DNA of 64,000 bases from Elusimicrobia bacterium CG1_02_56_21 (GTDB lineage: Bacteria; Elusimicrobiota; Elusimicrobia; Elusimicrobiales; UBA9959). Below are positions 18,741 to 27,665 of the stretch, piece by piece; positions within the stretch are counted from its first letter, which is position 1, and every line of letters begins with the position of its first letter. Where the stretch lies: positions 4,589-68,588 of the forward strand of contig MNUR01000077.1 of assembly GCA_001871115.1 (NCBI GenBank), in the 5' to 3' direction. Position numbers and translations under genes: made by a program. Below the pieces are notes generated by a model that had not been told where the DNA came from, did no database searches, and saw nothing but the letters and a program-made list of their open reading frames with translations.

Positions 18741-18835
18741 CTTAAAATTATACAATAGCTATACGCGCGCAAGCTCAACACGGAAAAACAGCCTCACCGG
18801 GGACCCCCAGCCCGGGAAGCCGGCCAGGAGATAAA

Positions 18836-19615
18836 ATGGACCTTATAATTAAAGAGATCAAAGACGGCATCGGAGTGCTCACCCTCAACAACCCCAAAAA
18901 GCGCAATGCCCTGAGCCTGGAACTCTGCGACGAAATAGTTGCCGCCCTGGAAGATTTTAAAAGCAAAAAAGTCCCGGTAATAATATTCCGGGCTGAAAAA
19001 AACGCCCGCGTCTGGTCCGCCGGCCACGATATAACCCAGCTCCCTAAAGTACACCACGACCCGCTCGCCTACGACAGCCCGATGGAAGTGGCCTTCCGCG
19101 CTATTCAGAGCTACCCCGGGCCCGTTATAGCAATGATACAGGGAAGCGTCTGGGGCGGCGCCACGGACCTGGCCGTCACCTGCGACCTGGCCATCGGCGA
19201 CGAAACCTCCACTTTCGCTATCACCCCGGTCAAGATGGGCCTGCCTTACAACGCCTCCGGCATCATGCACTTTATAAACAGGGTCGGCAGCAATATAGCC
19301 AGGGAAATGTTCTTCACGGCCGAGCCGGTAAAAGCCGAGCGCGCCTACCACTTCGGCATACTCAACCACCTCGTAAGCTCCCGCGAAATAGAGACTTTCA
19401 CCTTTGAGCTGGCAAAGAACATTGCGGCGAACTCGCCTCTGGCCGTCTCGGTGGTAAAGGAGCAGTTCAGGATACTTTCCGAGGCCCATCCGATAAGCCC
19501 CGAGTCTTTCGAACGCATACAGGCCCTGCGCCGCAAAGTCTACAACAGCGGCGATTACGAAGAAGGGATAAAAGCTTTTACGGAAAAGCGCAAGCCGGAA
19601 TTCAAGGGCAGGTAA
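18836..19615 (+). CDS. enoyl-CoA hydratase/isomerase (crotonase) family, methylmalonyl-CoA decarboxylase-like
   Basis: LTLNNPKKRNALS..FRAEKNARVWSAGHDITQLP, a crotonase fold; AGGAG SD upstream. Confidence 0.85.
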   Translation: MDLIIKEIKDGIGVLTLNNPKKRNALSLELCDEIVAALEDFKSKKVPVIIFRAEKNARVWSAGHDITQLPKVHHDPLAYDSPMEVAFRAIQSYPGPVIAMIQGSVWGGATDLAVTCDLAIGDETSTFAITPVKMGLPYNASGIMHFINRVGSNIAREMFFTAEPVKAERAYHFGILNHLVSSREIETFTFELAKNIAANSPLAVSVVKEQFRILSEAHPISPESFERIQALRRKVYNSGDYEEGIKAFTEKRKPEFKGR

Positions 19616-19625
19616 GCCCGCAAAT

Positions 19626-19663
19626 AAAAAAAGGACAGCGGATCTTCCGCTGTCCCTTTTTTT
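19626..19663. terminator. bidirectional intrinsic terminator
   Basis: 9-bp stem GGACAGCGG / CCGCTGTCC with a 5-nt loop, flanked by an A-run (19626-19632) and a T-run (19657-19663). Lies between convergent genes. Confidence 0.8.
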
Positions 19664-19675
19664 ACCCAGGCCGCA

Positions 19676-21133
19676 TTATTCGTCGAAGGCGTAATTAGGG
19701 GTCTGCTTTGTCACCTTAACGTCGTGAACATGGCTTTCTTTCAGGCCCGCTCCCGAGATCCGGACAAAGCGCGCTTTTTTCCTCAGCTCGGCCAGGTCCC
19801 TGCAGCCGCAATAGCCCAGACCGGAGCGCAGACCGCCGGTAAGCTGGTGCACGATGTCCGAAACAGAACCTTTATAAGGAACCTGCCCTTCTATCCCCTC
19901 AGGCACTAATTTTTCTTTTTCCACTCCGGCCTGGCCGTAGCGGTCTTTGGAACCGGCTTCCATCGCCCCCACCGAACCCATACCGCGGTAAGCTTTATAA
20001 CTGCGCCCGTGATAAAGGATAATGTCCCCGGGCGCCTCCCGGGACCCCGCCAGAAGCGTCCCCAGCATGACGCAGTCAGCTCCGGCTGCGATAGCCTTGG
20101 TTATATCGCCAGAAAATTTAATGCCGCCGTCAGCGATGACCGGAATACGGCGCGGATCAGCGGCCCTGCGGCACTCTTTTATTGCCGTAAGCTGCGGAAC
20201 TCCGACGCCGGAAATTATACGCGTGGTGCAGATAGAGCCGGGGCCTATCCCTACCTTGATCGCGTCGGCGCCGGCCTTTATCAGGTCCAGGGCGCCTTCA
20301 TAAGTGGCTACATTCCCGGCTATAACCTCTATCTTGTACCTGCTCTTTACGGCTTTAAGCGTCCTCAATACGGAAGCGGAATGCCCGTGAGCGGTATCCA
20401 GGGCTATCACGTCCACGCCCGCGGCCACCAGCTCGCCGGCGCGCTCTATCGCCGCGTCACCCGCGCCTATGGCCGCCCCCACCCTCAGGCGCCCCGCCTT
20501 ATCCTTACAGGCGTTGGGATATTGTTTCTTGTTCATTATATCCCTGGTAGTTATAAGGCCTTTGAGATGGTAGTTTCTGTCAACCAGGGGAAGTTTCTCT
20601 ATCCGGTGCTCATGCAGCAGAGCCTCCGCCCGCTCGGCCGTAGTCCCCACGGGGGCGACAAACAGCTTTTTCGTCATTACGGAAGAAACTTTCTGGTCCC
20701 GGTCCTTAACAAAACGAAGGTCCCTGTTGGTAAGCATGCCGGTCAGTTTCCCGCCGGAGATGACCACCAGTCCGGAAATATTATGCTTGCGCATCAGCTC
20801 AAGCGCGTCCCGCAGGGTCTCGCCCGGGGAAATGGTTATGGGGTTGGTTATTACGCCGCTTTCGTGCTTCTTTACCTTCGCTATTTCGGCGGCCTGCTGG
20901 CGCGCCGGCATGGCACGGTGTATTATCCCGAGCCCGCCTTCGCGGGCCATCGCTATAGCGAGACCGGACTCCGTAACCGTATCCATTGCGGCCGAGATCA
21001 GCGGGATATTCAGCGCTATTCCGGCCGTAAGGCGGGTCTGTATGCCCGTCTGCTTCGGCAGCACCGAGGATTTTGCCGGCAGTAAAAGCACATCGTCAAA
21101 GGTAAGACCTAAAGGTATATTGTCCTGAAGCAT
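19676..21133 (-). CDS. guaB: IMP dehydrogenase
   Basis: Full-length IMPDH with CBS pair; catalytic loop [11 protein letters not shown]. Confidence 0.95.
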   Translation of the reverse strand: MLQDNIPLGLTFDDVLLLPAKSSVLPKQTGIQTRLTAGIALNIPLISAAMDTVTESGLAIAMAREGGLGIIHRAMPARQQAAEIAKVKKHESGVITNPITISPGETLRDALELMRKHNISGLVVISGGKLTGMLTNRDLRFVKDRDQKVSSVMTKKLFVAPVGTTAERAEALLHEHRIEKLPLVDRNYHLKGLITTRDIMNKKQYPNACKDKAGRLRVGAAIGAGDAAIERAGELVAAGVDVIALDTAHGHSASVLRTLKAVKSRYKIEVIAGNVATYEGALDLIKAGADAIKVGIGPGSICTTRIISGVGVPQLTAIKECRRAADPRRIPVIADGGIKFSGDITKAIAAGADCVMLGTLLAGSREAPGDIILYHGRSYKAYRGMGSVGAMEAGSKDRYGQAGVEKEKLVPEGIEGQVPYKGSVSDIVHQLTGGLRSGLGYCGCRDLAELRKKARFVRISGAGLKESHVHDVKVTKQTPNYAFDE

Positions 21134-21269
21134 AAGTTAGCGGCCTCCAGGTTAAAGTTTAACTCTTAGCGTGCCTGCGTTTCAATGGGCCGCCGGCGGA
21201 TATGGCAAAAGTCCGTAAATCATTTGTATCATATATAAACTCCAGCGCCGGCCGACACTGATATACGGC

Positions 21270-21929
21270 ATGACAGTCTCTTATAAAATATTTTTCAGAT
21301 CAATAGCGCTCTGCTTATTAGCGGTCCCGCTGGCCTCCTGCAATCTTGCCGAAAAAGACCCCGCAATTTTGCTCAACTCCGCTATCCGCAACCATGACAC
21401 GGCTAAAGTACGCCTGCTGCTTGAACAGGGCGCCCCCGTCAACCCGGCCGCTAAGCGGGTATTGACCCCGCTCATGTTCGCGGTAATGCAGGATAACGCC
21501 GAAATAACCGACCTCCTTCTGGACAAAGGCGCGCACACTACCGCCAGGAACCGTGACCAGGAAACAGCCCTTCACCTGGCGGCCAGATGGGGAAAAGAAG
21601 CGGCGCTGGAATGCCTGCTGAAAAGAGACGTAAATACCGAATGGCGGGACAAAATAGGCTGGACCCCCATCATGTGGGCCTCACTCAGGGGAAAGACCTC
21701 AGTTGTAAAAAAACTTCTGGATGCCGGCGCAAATATCCATATCAGGGATTCGGACCGCAACACCCCCCTCATACTCGCAGTATGGCGCGGGCACGGGGAC
21801 ACCGCTACCCTCCTGCTCTCTTACGGAGCCCGGCTTGAAGATCATAACCGCTTCGGCCTCGACGCAGCCGCGGTCGCACAGAAGAACGGATTTCCTGAAC
21901 TCGCAAAAAAACTCGGCGCGCTGAAGTAG
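21270..21929 (+). CDS. ankyrin-repeat lipoprotein
   Basis: Lipobox LAVPLASC, followed by about 5 ANK repeats (TPLMFAVMQDNAEITDLLLDKGA...). Confidence 0.9.
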   Translation: MTVSYKIFFRSIALCLLAVPLASCNLAEKDPAILLNSAIRNHDTAKVRLLLEQGAPVNPAAKRVLTPLMFAVMQDNAEITDLLLDKGAHTTARNRDQETALHLAARWGKEAALECLLKRDVNTEWRDKIGWTPIMWASLRGKTSVVKKLLDAGANIHIRDSDRNTPLILAVWRGHGDTATLLLSYGARLEDHNRFGLDAAAVAQKNGFPELAKKLGALK

Positions 21930-21981
21930 GCAAACCCGCTTTACTCCGGCTCCAGGTTCCTCCCCTCCCCCCCGTAAAAAC

Positions 21982-22011
21982 AAAAACCGCCGGCTGTCCG
22001 GCGGTTTTTTT
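21982..22011. terminator. bidirectional intrinsic terminator
   Basis: 8-bp stem ACCGCCGG / CCGGCGGT with loop CTGT, an A-run before and T7 after. Lies between convergent genes. Confidence 0.75.
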
Positions 22012-22054
22012 ACGCGCGCTGCCCCCTGGTCAGCGGCGCCCTTTCATACAGGTC

Positions 22055-23038
22055 TTAGAAGCCCTGCCAGAGATTTTCACTCTGCAGCGAAGAGAAAGCG
22101 GGGCCGGCAACGGACAGTCCCCTGGCCGCGCCTACAACAGGCGAAACCGCTACTGACGGCAGAAGCTCGCTGGCAGAAGCCGGCTTGTACCAGCAGAGCG
22201 GCCGGAAACCGGTAGAGAACCCGCCGGAGCGGGTGCAGGTTCCGGTAGCGGGGTTAGTGTTGCTGAGCCCGGCGGAAACCGGCTGGGTGCAGAGGGAACC
22301 CTGAAGATAGGTGTCCATGCGGCACTGGGTTCCGGGATGATTATCGTACATTGAACTTACGACAGCGGTATCCGGGGTGTCAAAGCTGGGCTCTCTTTCT
22401 TCCTGGCGCAGGGCCCTGAACAGAGCGGCTACCGACTTTCCCGCCCGGGTGTTCCTTTTGCAGATCCTGATCTCTTCAGAACCCTTAAAGGTTCCCTCAC
22501 AGGCCTTCTCAGCCAGCGCGTCCCCGGCAGCCGAGCGGGTGAACACGGCGCTGGAGGAGTCAGAAAAAATCCTCCGGAGGCATTTAAGGTTGGCGTAATA
22601 GTCCGCCTGGCCTTCATTAGAAGCCCAGGAATAACCCTTTCTGGGAGCGCCGCCCAAATGGTGGCCCATCTCATGGCAGGCCACAAGGGCGAACCCGTCC
22701 ATGGTAATCGTTTCGTGGCGGGCGAGGCCGCCGTACATATTGAGGATATAGCGGTTGCCCTGCTGCTGGGCCGAGGCGTTCACGGTCGCATTGTCCCAGA
22801 GCCGGCGTATTTCAAGAACCTTGCCCTGCGCGGCCAGGTCCTGGGCGTAAAGCTTTTCTACGGTATCGAGCACGGCATTAAACTGCTCCTGCGCTATTCC
22901 CTTGTCGTCGCTTGAACCCACGGGGATCTTAAGGTTGTTCGGGGGAAGGAACCCGTCGCAAACACCGGCGGCCGAGCCGGAAATTACGACCCCGAGTATA
23001 ATCGCCGCAACTGCCGATAACATGATATGACGTTTCAT
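22055..23038 (-). CDS. exported zinc metallopeptidase-like protein (HExxH)
   Basis: Signal peptide; motif ACHEMGHHLGG; Cys-rich C-terminal part. Confidence 0.8.
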   Translation of the reverse strand: MKRHIMLSAVAAIILGVVISGSAAGVCDGFLPPNNLKIPVGSSDDKGIAQEQFNAVLDTVEKLYAQDLAAQGKVLEIRRLWDNATVNASAQQQGNRYILNMYGGLARHETITMDGFALVACHEMGHHLGGAPRKGYSWASNEGQADYYANLKCLRRIFSDSSSAVFTRSAAGDALAEKACEGTFKGSEEIRICKRNTRAGKSVAALFRALRQEEREPSFDTPDTAVVSSMYDNHPGTQCRMDTYLQGSLCTQPVSAGLSNTNPATGTCTRSGGFSTGFRPLCWYKPASASELLPSVAVSPVVGAARGLSVAGPAFSSLQSENLWQGF

Positions 23039-23058
23039 TTAGTATCTCCGTTCTTGCT

Positions 23059-24336
23059 TTATTTTGCTGTCTCTACAAGGTACGCAACCGCTAACTTCGC
23101 AAATTTGAGAGCGTGCAGGGCATGCCCCCCGCTCTGGCTGATGGTATCGTTGGGGGTATGGATGAAAGGATTATCGTCCCCGAAGCTGGACTCGAAAGGG
23201 AAAGAAGCGGGAAAGCCGTTCTTGGTCCATGAAGCGTGGTCCGAGCAGGCATAGCCGCACTTGGTTTCCCCAAGGCGGTAGTCGGTGTAAGCGCTCACAA
23301 GGCCGCCGAGAAAGGCGTTCTGGGCCGCGTTGGTATAGTCCGTTATGAGGAAAATATCTTCGGCAGAACCGTTGAAATTGGTCATGTCGAACTGGATGGA
23401 ACCCTCTATTTCCGCTCCCTGCTTCTTAAAGGCGGCGGCGATATCCTGGGAGCCGCGCAGCCCGACCTCCTCAGCCGCATACCCCATGAACTTTATGGTC
23501 ATCGCGGGTTTGTAGCCGGAAGCGACTATTACCCGGATGGCTTCAGTAAGCGCAGCTATTCCAGACGCATTGTCGTCAGCTCCGGGGGCGGTGGAATTAT
23601 TTCCTCCGCGGGAGATAGAGTCCAGATGGCCGCCCAGCACCACTATTTTCTGAGGTTCAAAAGCCCCGCGGACAGTGAGAATAACAGATTCCTGGGCCCA
23701 GCCTTTATGCGGGTAAGCCTCTACCGAGATATCCTGCCTGCCGGCAGCGAGCTCTCTCCAGTAATCCTGCAGCCACTTTGCAGAGGCAACACCGGTCTGC
23801 GAGGTATAGTACCGGTTCTTATAGGCGGAAAGCTTTTCTATCGTACCTGAAATCGCCTTCTCGTCCACAAGCTTGAGCATGGGGACAATGCGGGCGCCCT
23901 GGTCTATTGTATAAGCGCGGGAAGCCGAGGCCGGCGCGGCAGAAAGATCTTTTTCCGCGGATTTAAAGCTTGAATGCGTGAAAAACCCGCCGCATTTGTG
24001 CAGCTTGCGGTGCATTATCCCGGAAAGGGCGGCCAGTTCCGAGCTGTTAACCTTGTAGACAGAAGTCTGCTGTGTCCGGGCCGCGGCCTTGAGCCCGGCA
24101 AAAGGGAACTCACTCCCCAGTACTTCTATGTCACCGTTATCAACGCTGATCCAGACCGGGACATCAAAATCCGGGTTCGGGCGGGCCGGGACGGCCGGGC
24201 CCCGGCTTTGGGCGGCTTCCAGGAAAGCCTGGAGGTCTATACCCCCGTCAAAATCAACTTCCGCGGCTGCGGCGGAAAAAGCTGCGCTGAAAAGAATCGC
24301 AACGGCTAAAATACCCGGAATCTTCGTGTTTTTCAT
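23059..24336 (-). CDS. M28-family aminopeptidase (bacterial leucyl aminopeptidase-like)
   Basis: Signal peptide; GGHLDS, GADDNASG and GYAAEEVGLRGS metal-ligand motifs. Confidence 0.9.
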   Translation of the reverse strand: MKNTKIPGILAVAILFSAAFSAAAAEVDFDGGIDLQAFLEAAQSRGPAVPARPNPDFDVPVWISVDNGDIEVLGSEFPFAGLKAAARTQQTSVYKVNSSELAALSGIMHRKLHKCGGFFTHSSFKSAEKDLSAAPASASRAYTIDQGARIVPMLKLVDEKAISGTIEKLSAYKNRYYTSQTGVASAKWLQDYWRELAAGRQDISVEAYPHKGWAQESVILTVRGAFEPQKIVVLGGHLDSISRGGNNSTAPGADDNASGIAALTEAIRVIVASGYKPAMTIKFMGYAAEEVGLRGSQDIAAAFKKQGAEIEGSIQFDMTNFNGSAEDIFLITDYTNAAQNAFLGGLVSAYTDYRLGETKCGYACSDHASWTKNGFPASFPFESSFGDDNPFIHTPNDTISQSGGHALHALKFAKLAVAYLVETAK

Positions 24337-24491
24337 TAGCTGTCTCCTGCTTTTTCCGCCTCGAAATTTAAAGCCCTTAATATTAAGGAAAGCGGTTGAC
24401 TATAATCAAGCCGACCGTGTATTTTATTATATAAATATTTTCAGGCCTTTGGAGCAAATTTATAAAAATATCCGCTCACGGCTGCCGCGGA

Positions 24492-24524
24492 CAAAAAAAA
24501 AGACAGCGGACCGCTCCGCTGTCT
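24492..24524 (-). terminator. intrinsic terminator downstream of guaA
   Basis: Minus strand: 9-bp stem AGACAGCGG / CCGCTGTCT followed by T9. Confidence 0.8.
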
Positions 24525-24547
24525 CTTGTTCCGCCGGTCAGTTCCGG

Positions 24548-26080
24548 CTATTCCCACTCTATAGTGGCCGGCGGCTTGGAGGTTATATCGTAGACCACGC
24601 GGTTTATACCGCGGACCTCGCTTACTATCCTTGCGGAGATCTTGTTCATCAGGTCGTGCGGCAGTTTTGACCAGTCAGCGGTCATCCCGTCCACCGAGCT
24701 GACGCAGCGCAGGGCGATAGTATACTCGTAGGAGCGCTCGTCGCCCATTACCCCGACCGATTTGACCGGCAGAAGCACGCAGAAAGCCTGCCAGATCCTG
24801 GAATACCAGCCGGCAGCCTGTATTTCCTCACGCATAAGGCGGTCAGCCTCGCGGAGTATGCTAAGCCTGGCCGGGGTAATTTCCCCCAGCACCCTTATCG
24901 CCAGGCCGGGACCGGGGAAGGGATGCTGCATCAGCACCGGCTCAGGGATCTTCAGGCTGCGGCCGAGTTCGCGGACTTCGTCCTTAAAGAAGAACCTGAG
25001 CGGCTCTATCAGACCCAGCTTCATTTTCTTCGGCAATCCGCCCACATTATGGTGGCTTTTTATTACGGCCGAGGGCCCGTTCACGGAAACCGACTCTATG
25101 ACATCCGGATAAAGAGTGCCCTGCAGCAGAAAAGCGGCGTTCCGGACCTTTTTGGCCTCTTTATCGAACACCTCTATAAAAGTATGCCCTATTATCTTCC
25201 TCTTCCTTTCGGGAGAGGTCACGCCCTTAAGACGGCCCAGGAACAGCGCGGAAGCGTCCACTATCCTTACGCTGTAGCCGAACTTGTCGTGAAAAACTTC
25301 TTTCATCCTCCGGCGGTCGCCGTGGCGCAGCAGCCCGGTATCCACAAAGATGCAGCGCAGCTTATTACCTATTGCTTTATGGGCCAGCACGGCGGCTACC
25401 GAAGAATCTACCCCGCCTGAAAGGCCGCAGATCACTGATTTATTGCCCGCAATTTTCTTTATTTCGGCCAGGCTGTCGGAAAGGAAGGAAGCCGGGGTCC
25501 AGCGCTCTTTATACCCGCAGATAAAGCGCGCGAAATTCTGCAGCATTTTGGATCCGCGCCGGGTGTGATGGACCTCGGGATGGAACTGCAGGGCGTAAAG
25601 CCCCAGCTCCGGGTTCTCCATCGCCGAAATATCGGAGCCGCCGGCGCGGGCCGTAACCCGGAAGCCTGCCGGGACCTTCTTAACTTCGTCGCCATGGCTC
25701 ATCCACACGTTCAGGGAGCCGGTTATCCCTTTAAAAAGTTTTGAGCCCTTGAGCACGCTCAGTTTGCTCAGGCCGTATTCCCGCTTGGAGGCTTTTGACA
25801 CCTGGCCGCCGTACTGCCTGGCCATCAGCTGCATCCCGTAGCAGACGCCCAGCACGGGTATGCCGAGGCTCATCACCGCGGGGTCCGGTTTGGGGGCTTT
25901 TTTATCGTATACGCTGGAAGGCCCGCCCGAGAGTATTATCCCTTTTGGCGAGCGCGAAAGGATATCCTCCGCGGTAGCGCTGAAAGGCAGGATCTCGCAA
26001 TAAACCCGCAGGCTGCGGAGCCTGCGGGCGATAAGCTGCGTGTACTGGCTGCCGAAGTCGAGAATCAGGATTTGGTTCAT
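24548..26080 (-). CDS. guaA: GMP synthase (glutamine-hydrolysing)
   Basis: GATase domain (ILILDFGSQYTQLIARR), PP-loop SGGVDSS, C-terminal dimerisation domain ending ATIEWE. ATG at 26080; the longer track ORF starts at a non-ATG codon. Confidence 0.95.
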   Translation of the reverse strand: MNQILILDFGSQYTQLIARRLRSLRVYCEILPFSATAEDILSRSPKGIILSGGPSSVYDKKAPKPDPAVMSLGIPVLGVCYGMQLMARQYGGQVSKASKREYGLSKLSVLKGSKLFKGITGSLNVWMSHGDEVKKVPAGFRVTARAGGSDISAMENPELGLYALQFHPEVHHTRRGSKMLQNFARFICGYKERWTPASFLSDSLAEIKKIAGNKSVICGLSGGVDSSVAAVLAHKAIGNKLRCIFVDTGLLRHGDRRRMKEVFHDKFGYSVRIVDASALFLGRLKGVTSPERKRKIIGHTFIEVFDKEAKKVRNAAFLLQGTLYPDVIESVSVNGPSAVIKSHHNVGGLPKKMKLGLIEPLRFFFKDEVRELGRSLKIPEPVLMQHPFPGPGLAIRVLGEITPARLSILREADRLMREEIQAAGWYSRIWQAFCVLLPVKSVGVMGDERSYEYTIALRCVSSVDGMTADWSKLPHDLMNKISARIVSEVRGINRVVYDITSKPPATIEWE

Positions 26081-26202
26081 AAATTTGATGTTTATAAGCG
26101 GAGGGCTACATGAAAATTCTAACAAATTAAGAGTCTTAAAGCCCCGGCCACAATGAAGAAAGGTTTAGATAGCGGGACCGCGGGAAGCGAAGTCGGGGGC
26201 CT

Positions 26203-26304
26203 GGCAGTGGTATTGCCCCGTTCTCCCCGGGCAGAAGGGAACCGTCGCGCGGTTCCCCCCCGAAGCGGGGCCCCCCAAGGGGTTCACGGGGCAATACCAC
26301 TGCC
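26203..26304. repeat. 102-nt hairpin with perfect 18-bp stem and nested GC-rich hairpins
   Basis: GGCAGTGGTATTGCCCCG (26203-26220) is exactly complementary to CGGGGCAATACCACTGCC (26287-26304). The 66-nt interior contains GGGAACCG-TCGCG-CGGTTCCC. Confidence 0.85.
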
Positions 26305-26404
26305 ACCCCTCCATGGAACACTTAATCTCACATGTTTCCCAGGCTTGTTCGTCTTGTTGACCAATAAAATGAAAGATGCGGGATTCAGCTAGTATTGCAG
26401 AGGC

Positions 26405-26525
26405 GGCAAGGGTATGGGTTTGGCGGGCCTTCGCGGAGGCCGAGGCTTGCGTAAGCGACGAGGCCGAGCGGTGAGCGCGGCCACGGTGTGGCCGATAGCG
26501 CGCCCGCCGGGCCCGTACCCTTGCC
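26405..26525. repeat. structured palindromic repeat element, copy A
   Basis: 14-bp closing stem GGCAAGGGTATGGG / CCCGTACCCTTGCC. Conserved core GGAGGCCGAGGCTTGCGTAAGCGACGAGGCCGAG plus hairpin GGCCAC-GGT-GTGGCC (26479-26493). Related copies lie at 40614-40730 and 40778-40989. Confidence 0.8.
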
Positions 26526-26571
26526 ATGCCCGGGCTTCGAATCTCGCAGCCCTTAAACCAACGTTATTTGT

Positions 26572-27609
26572 TTATTTGGCGAAGCGTTTTAGGAAGCCGG
26601 CGCAGAAGCGGTCCAGGGAGGCTTTCCGCAGGACGGTGCGGCGGGCGGCGGCGCCGAGTTTTTTTAAAGCTGCCGGGGAGAGCGCCTGGATACGCCTGAG
26701 GCCGAGAGCGATGGAGGCCGGCGAGAGGGTTTTATAAAAGAATCCGTTCTTCCCGTCTTTTATAAACCGCCGCATATACGGCGTGCTCTTTGTCAGCACC
26801 GGGCGGCCCAGCGCCATGGCGAGAAAAACAATGGAATTGCCGGCCGACTCGTTAAGATAGGTATCCCTGACCGGAACCGCCACGGCCCGAGATGCAGCGG
26901 CAAAAGCCCTCAGTTTATCCAGGTTTTTAGAAAGAGACAAAAACTCAACTTCGCTGGGCAGATTTTCCGGCCTGGAATCGCTGAGCACTTTAAGCGCCAG
27001 CCCCGCGCGTTTTACGCCTTCAGCCAGAGCCCCGAAGTCCCGCCCGGCGGAGCCGGCTGAAAACACGTAGTCCCCCGGCTTTTCTTTCACCGGGCTGTAA
27101 TACGCGCAGTCCGAAGCATAGCCCCGCTCCAATAACCGCGCCCCGGAAATACCCATCCCGGCCCAGAGCCGCCTGTCGTCGGCTTCCAGCATGAAGCCCG
27201 CGTCCACCGCCGAAAGAAGCTTCAGCCTGCGCGCCAGGTCGGCCGCCAGGTTCTGGCCGGGCATAGGGATAAGATGATTGGCCAGGAATATTTTCTTTTT
27301 TGCGGGAACCCCGCGCGCCAGGCGGATAAAACCGGGCGCGCAGCGGGCCCTCTTCGGAAAATCAAGGAGGAGGACGAGGCCGCGGTCGGGCCGGTGTAGC
27401 CGGTCGAGGCTGCCCGGACCTGAATATTTGAGGCGCTTGCCTCCGGGCGGCAGGGATTTCCCTATAAACCCGTAATCGGACTCGAAGTCGTGGATGATAT
27501 CAAGGCAGAGCCCTTTGATCTTCCGGACCGCGCGCACCAGAGCCAGCTCGAAATGCAGGTTCTCGGGAGACTCGTGGAAATTAGCCAGCAGGATGTTCTT
27601 CACAAGCAA
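26572..27609 (-). CDS. GT-B fold glycosyltransferase (GT1/GT4-like)
   Basis: C-terminal half has NESAGNSIVFLAMALGRPVLT..FIKDGKNGFFY, typical of GT4 donors. Start uncertain (TTG at 27609, no nearby ATG). Confidence 0.65.
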   Translation of the reverse strand: MLVKNILLANFHESPENLHFELALVRAVRKIKGLCLDIIHDFESDYGFIGKSLPPGGKRLKYSGPGSLDRLHRPDRGLVLLLDFPKRARCAPGFIRLARGVPAKKKIFLANHLIPMPGQNLAADLARRLKLLSAVDAGFMLEADDRRLWAGMGISGARLLERGYASDCAYYSPVKEKPGDYVFSAGSAGRDFGALAEGVKRAGLALKVLSDSRPENLPSEVEFLSLSKNLDKLRAFAAASRAVAVPVRDTYLNESAGNSIVFLAMALGRPVLTKSTPYMRRFIKDGKNGFFYKTLSPASIALGLRRIQALSPAALKKLGAAARRTVLRKASLDRFCAGFLKRFAK

Positions 27610-27617
27610 ATTCTAAC

Positions 27618-27646
27618 AAAAAAACACCCCGGCGCACGGCCGGGGT
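27618..27646 (-). terminator. intrinsic terminator downstream of the C11 peptidase gene
   Basis: 8-bp stem ACCCCGGC / GCCGGGGT with a 5-nt loop, followed on the minus strand by T7. Confidence 0.65.
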
Positions 27647-27665
27647 ATTTTTCAGCCTGTCTTCT

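Noticed and set aside
26153-26527. ORFs 26153-26392 (+) and 26165-26527 (-) in the guaA upstream gap.
   Set aside because: They span the long hairpin and repeat copy A. Their sequences are dictated by palindromes, and they have no SD and a biased composition.
26526-26552. tRNA-like TTCGAATC motif (GGGCTTCGAATCTCGCAGCCC).
   Set aside because: The flanking bases do not form a 5-bp T-stem, and no acceptor, D or anticodon arms can be drawn. It is not a tRNA.
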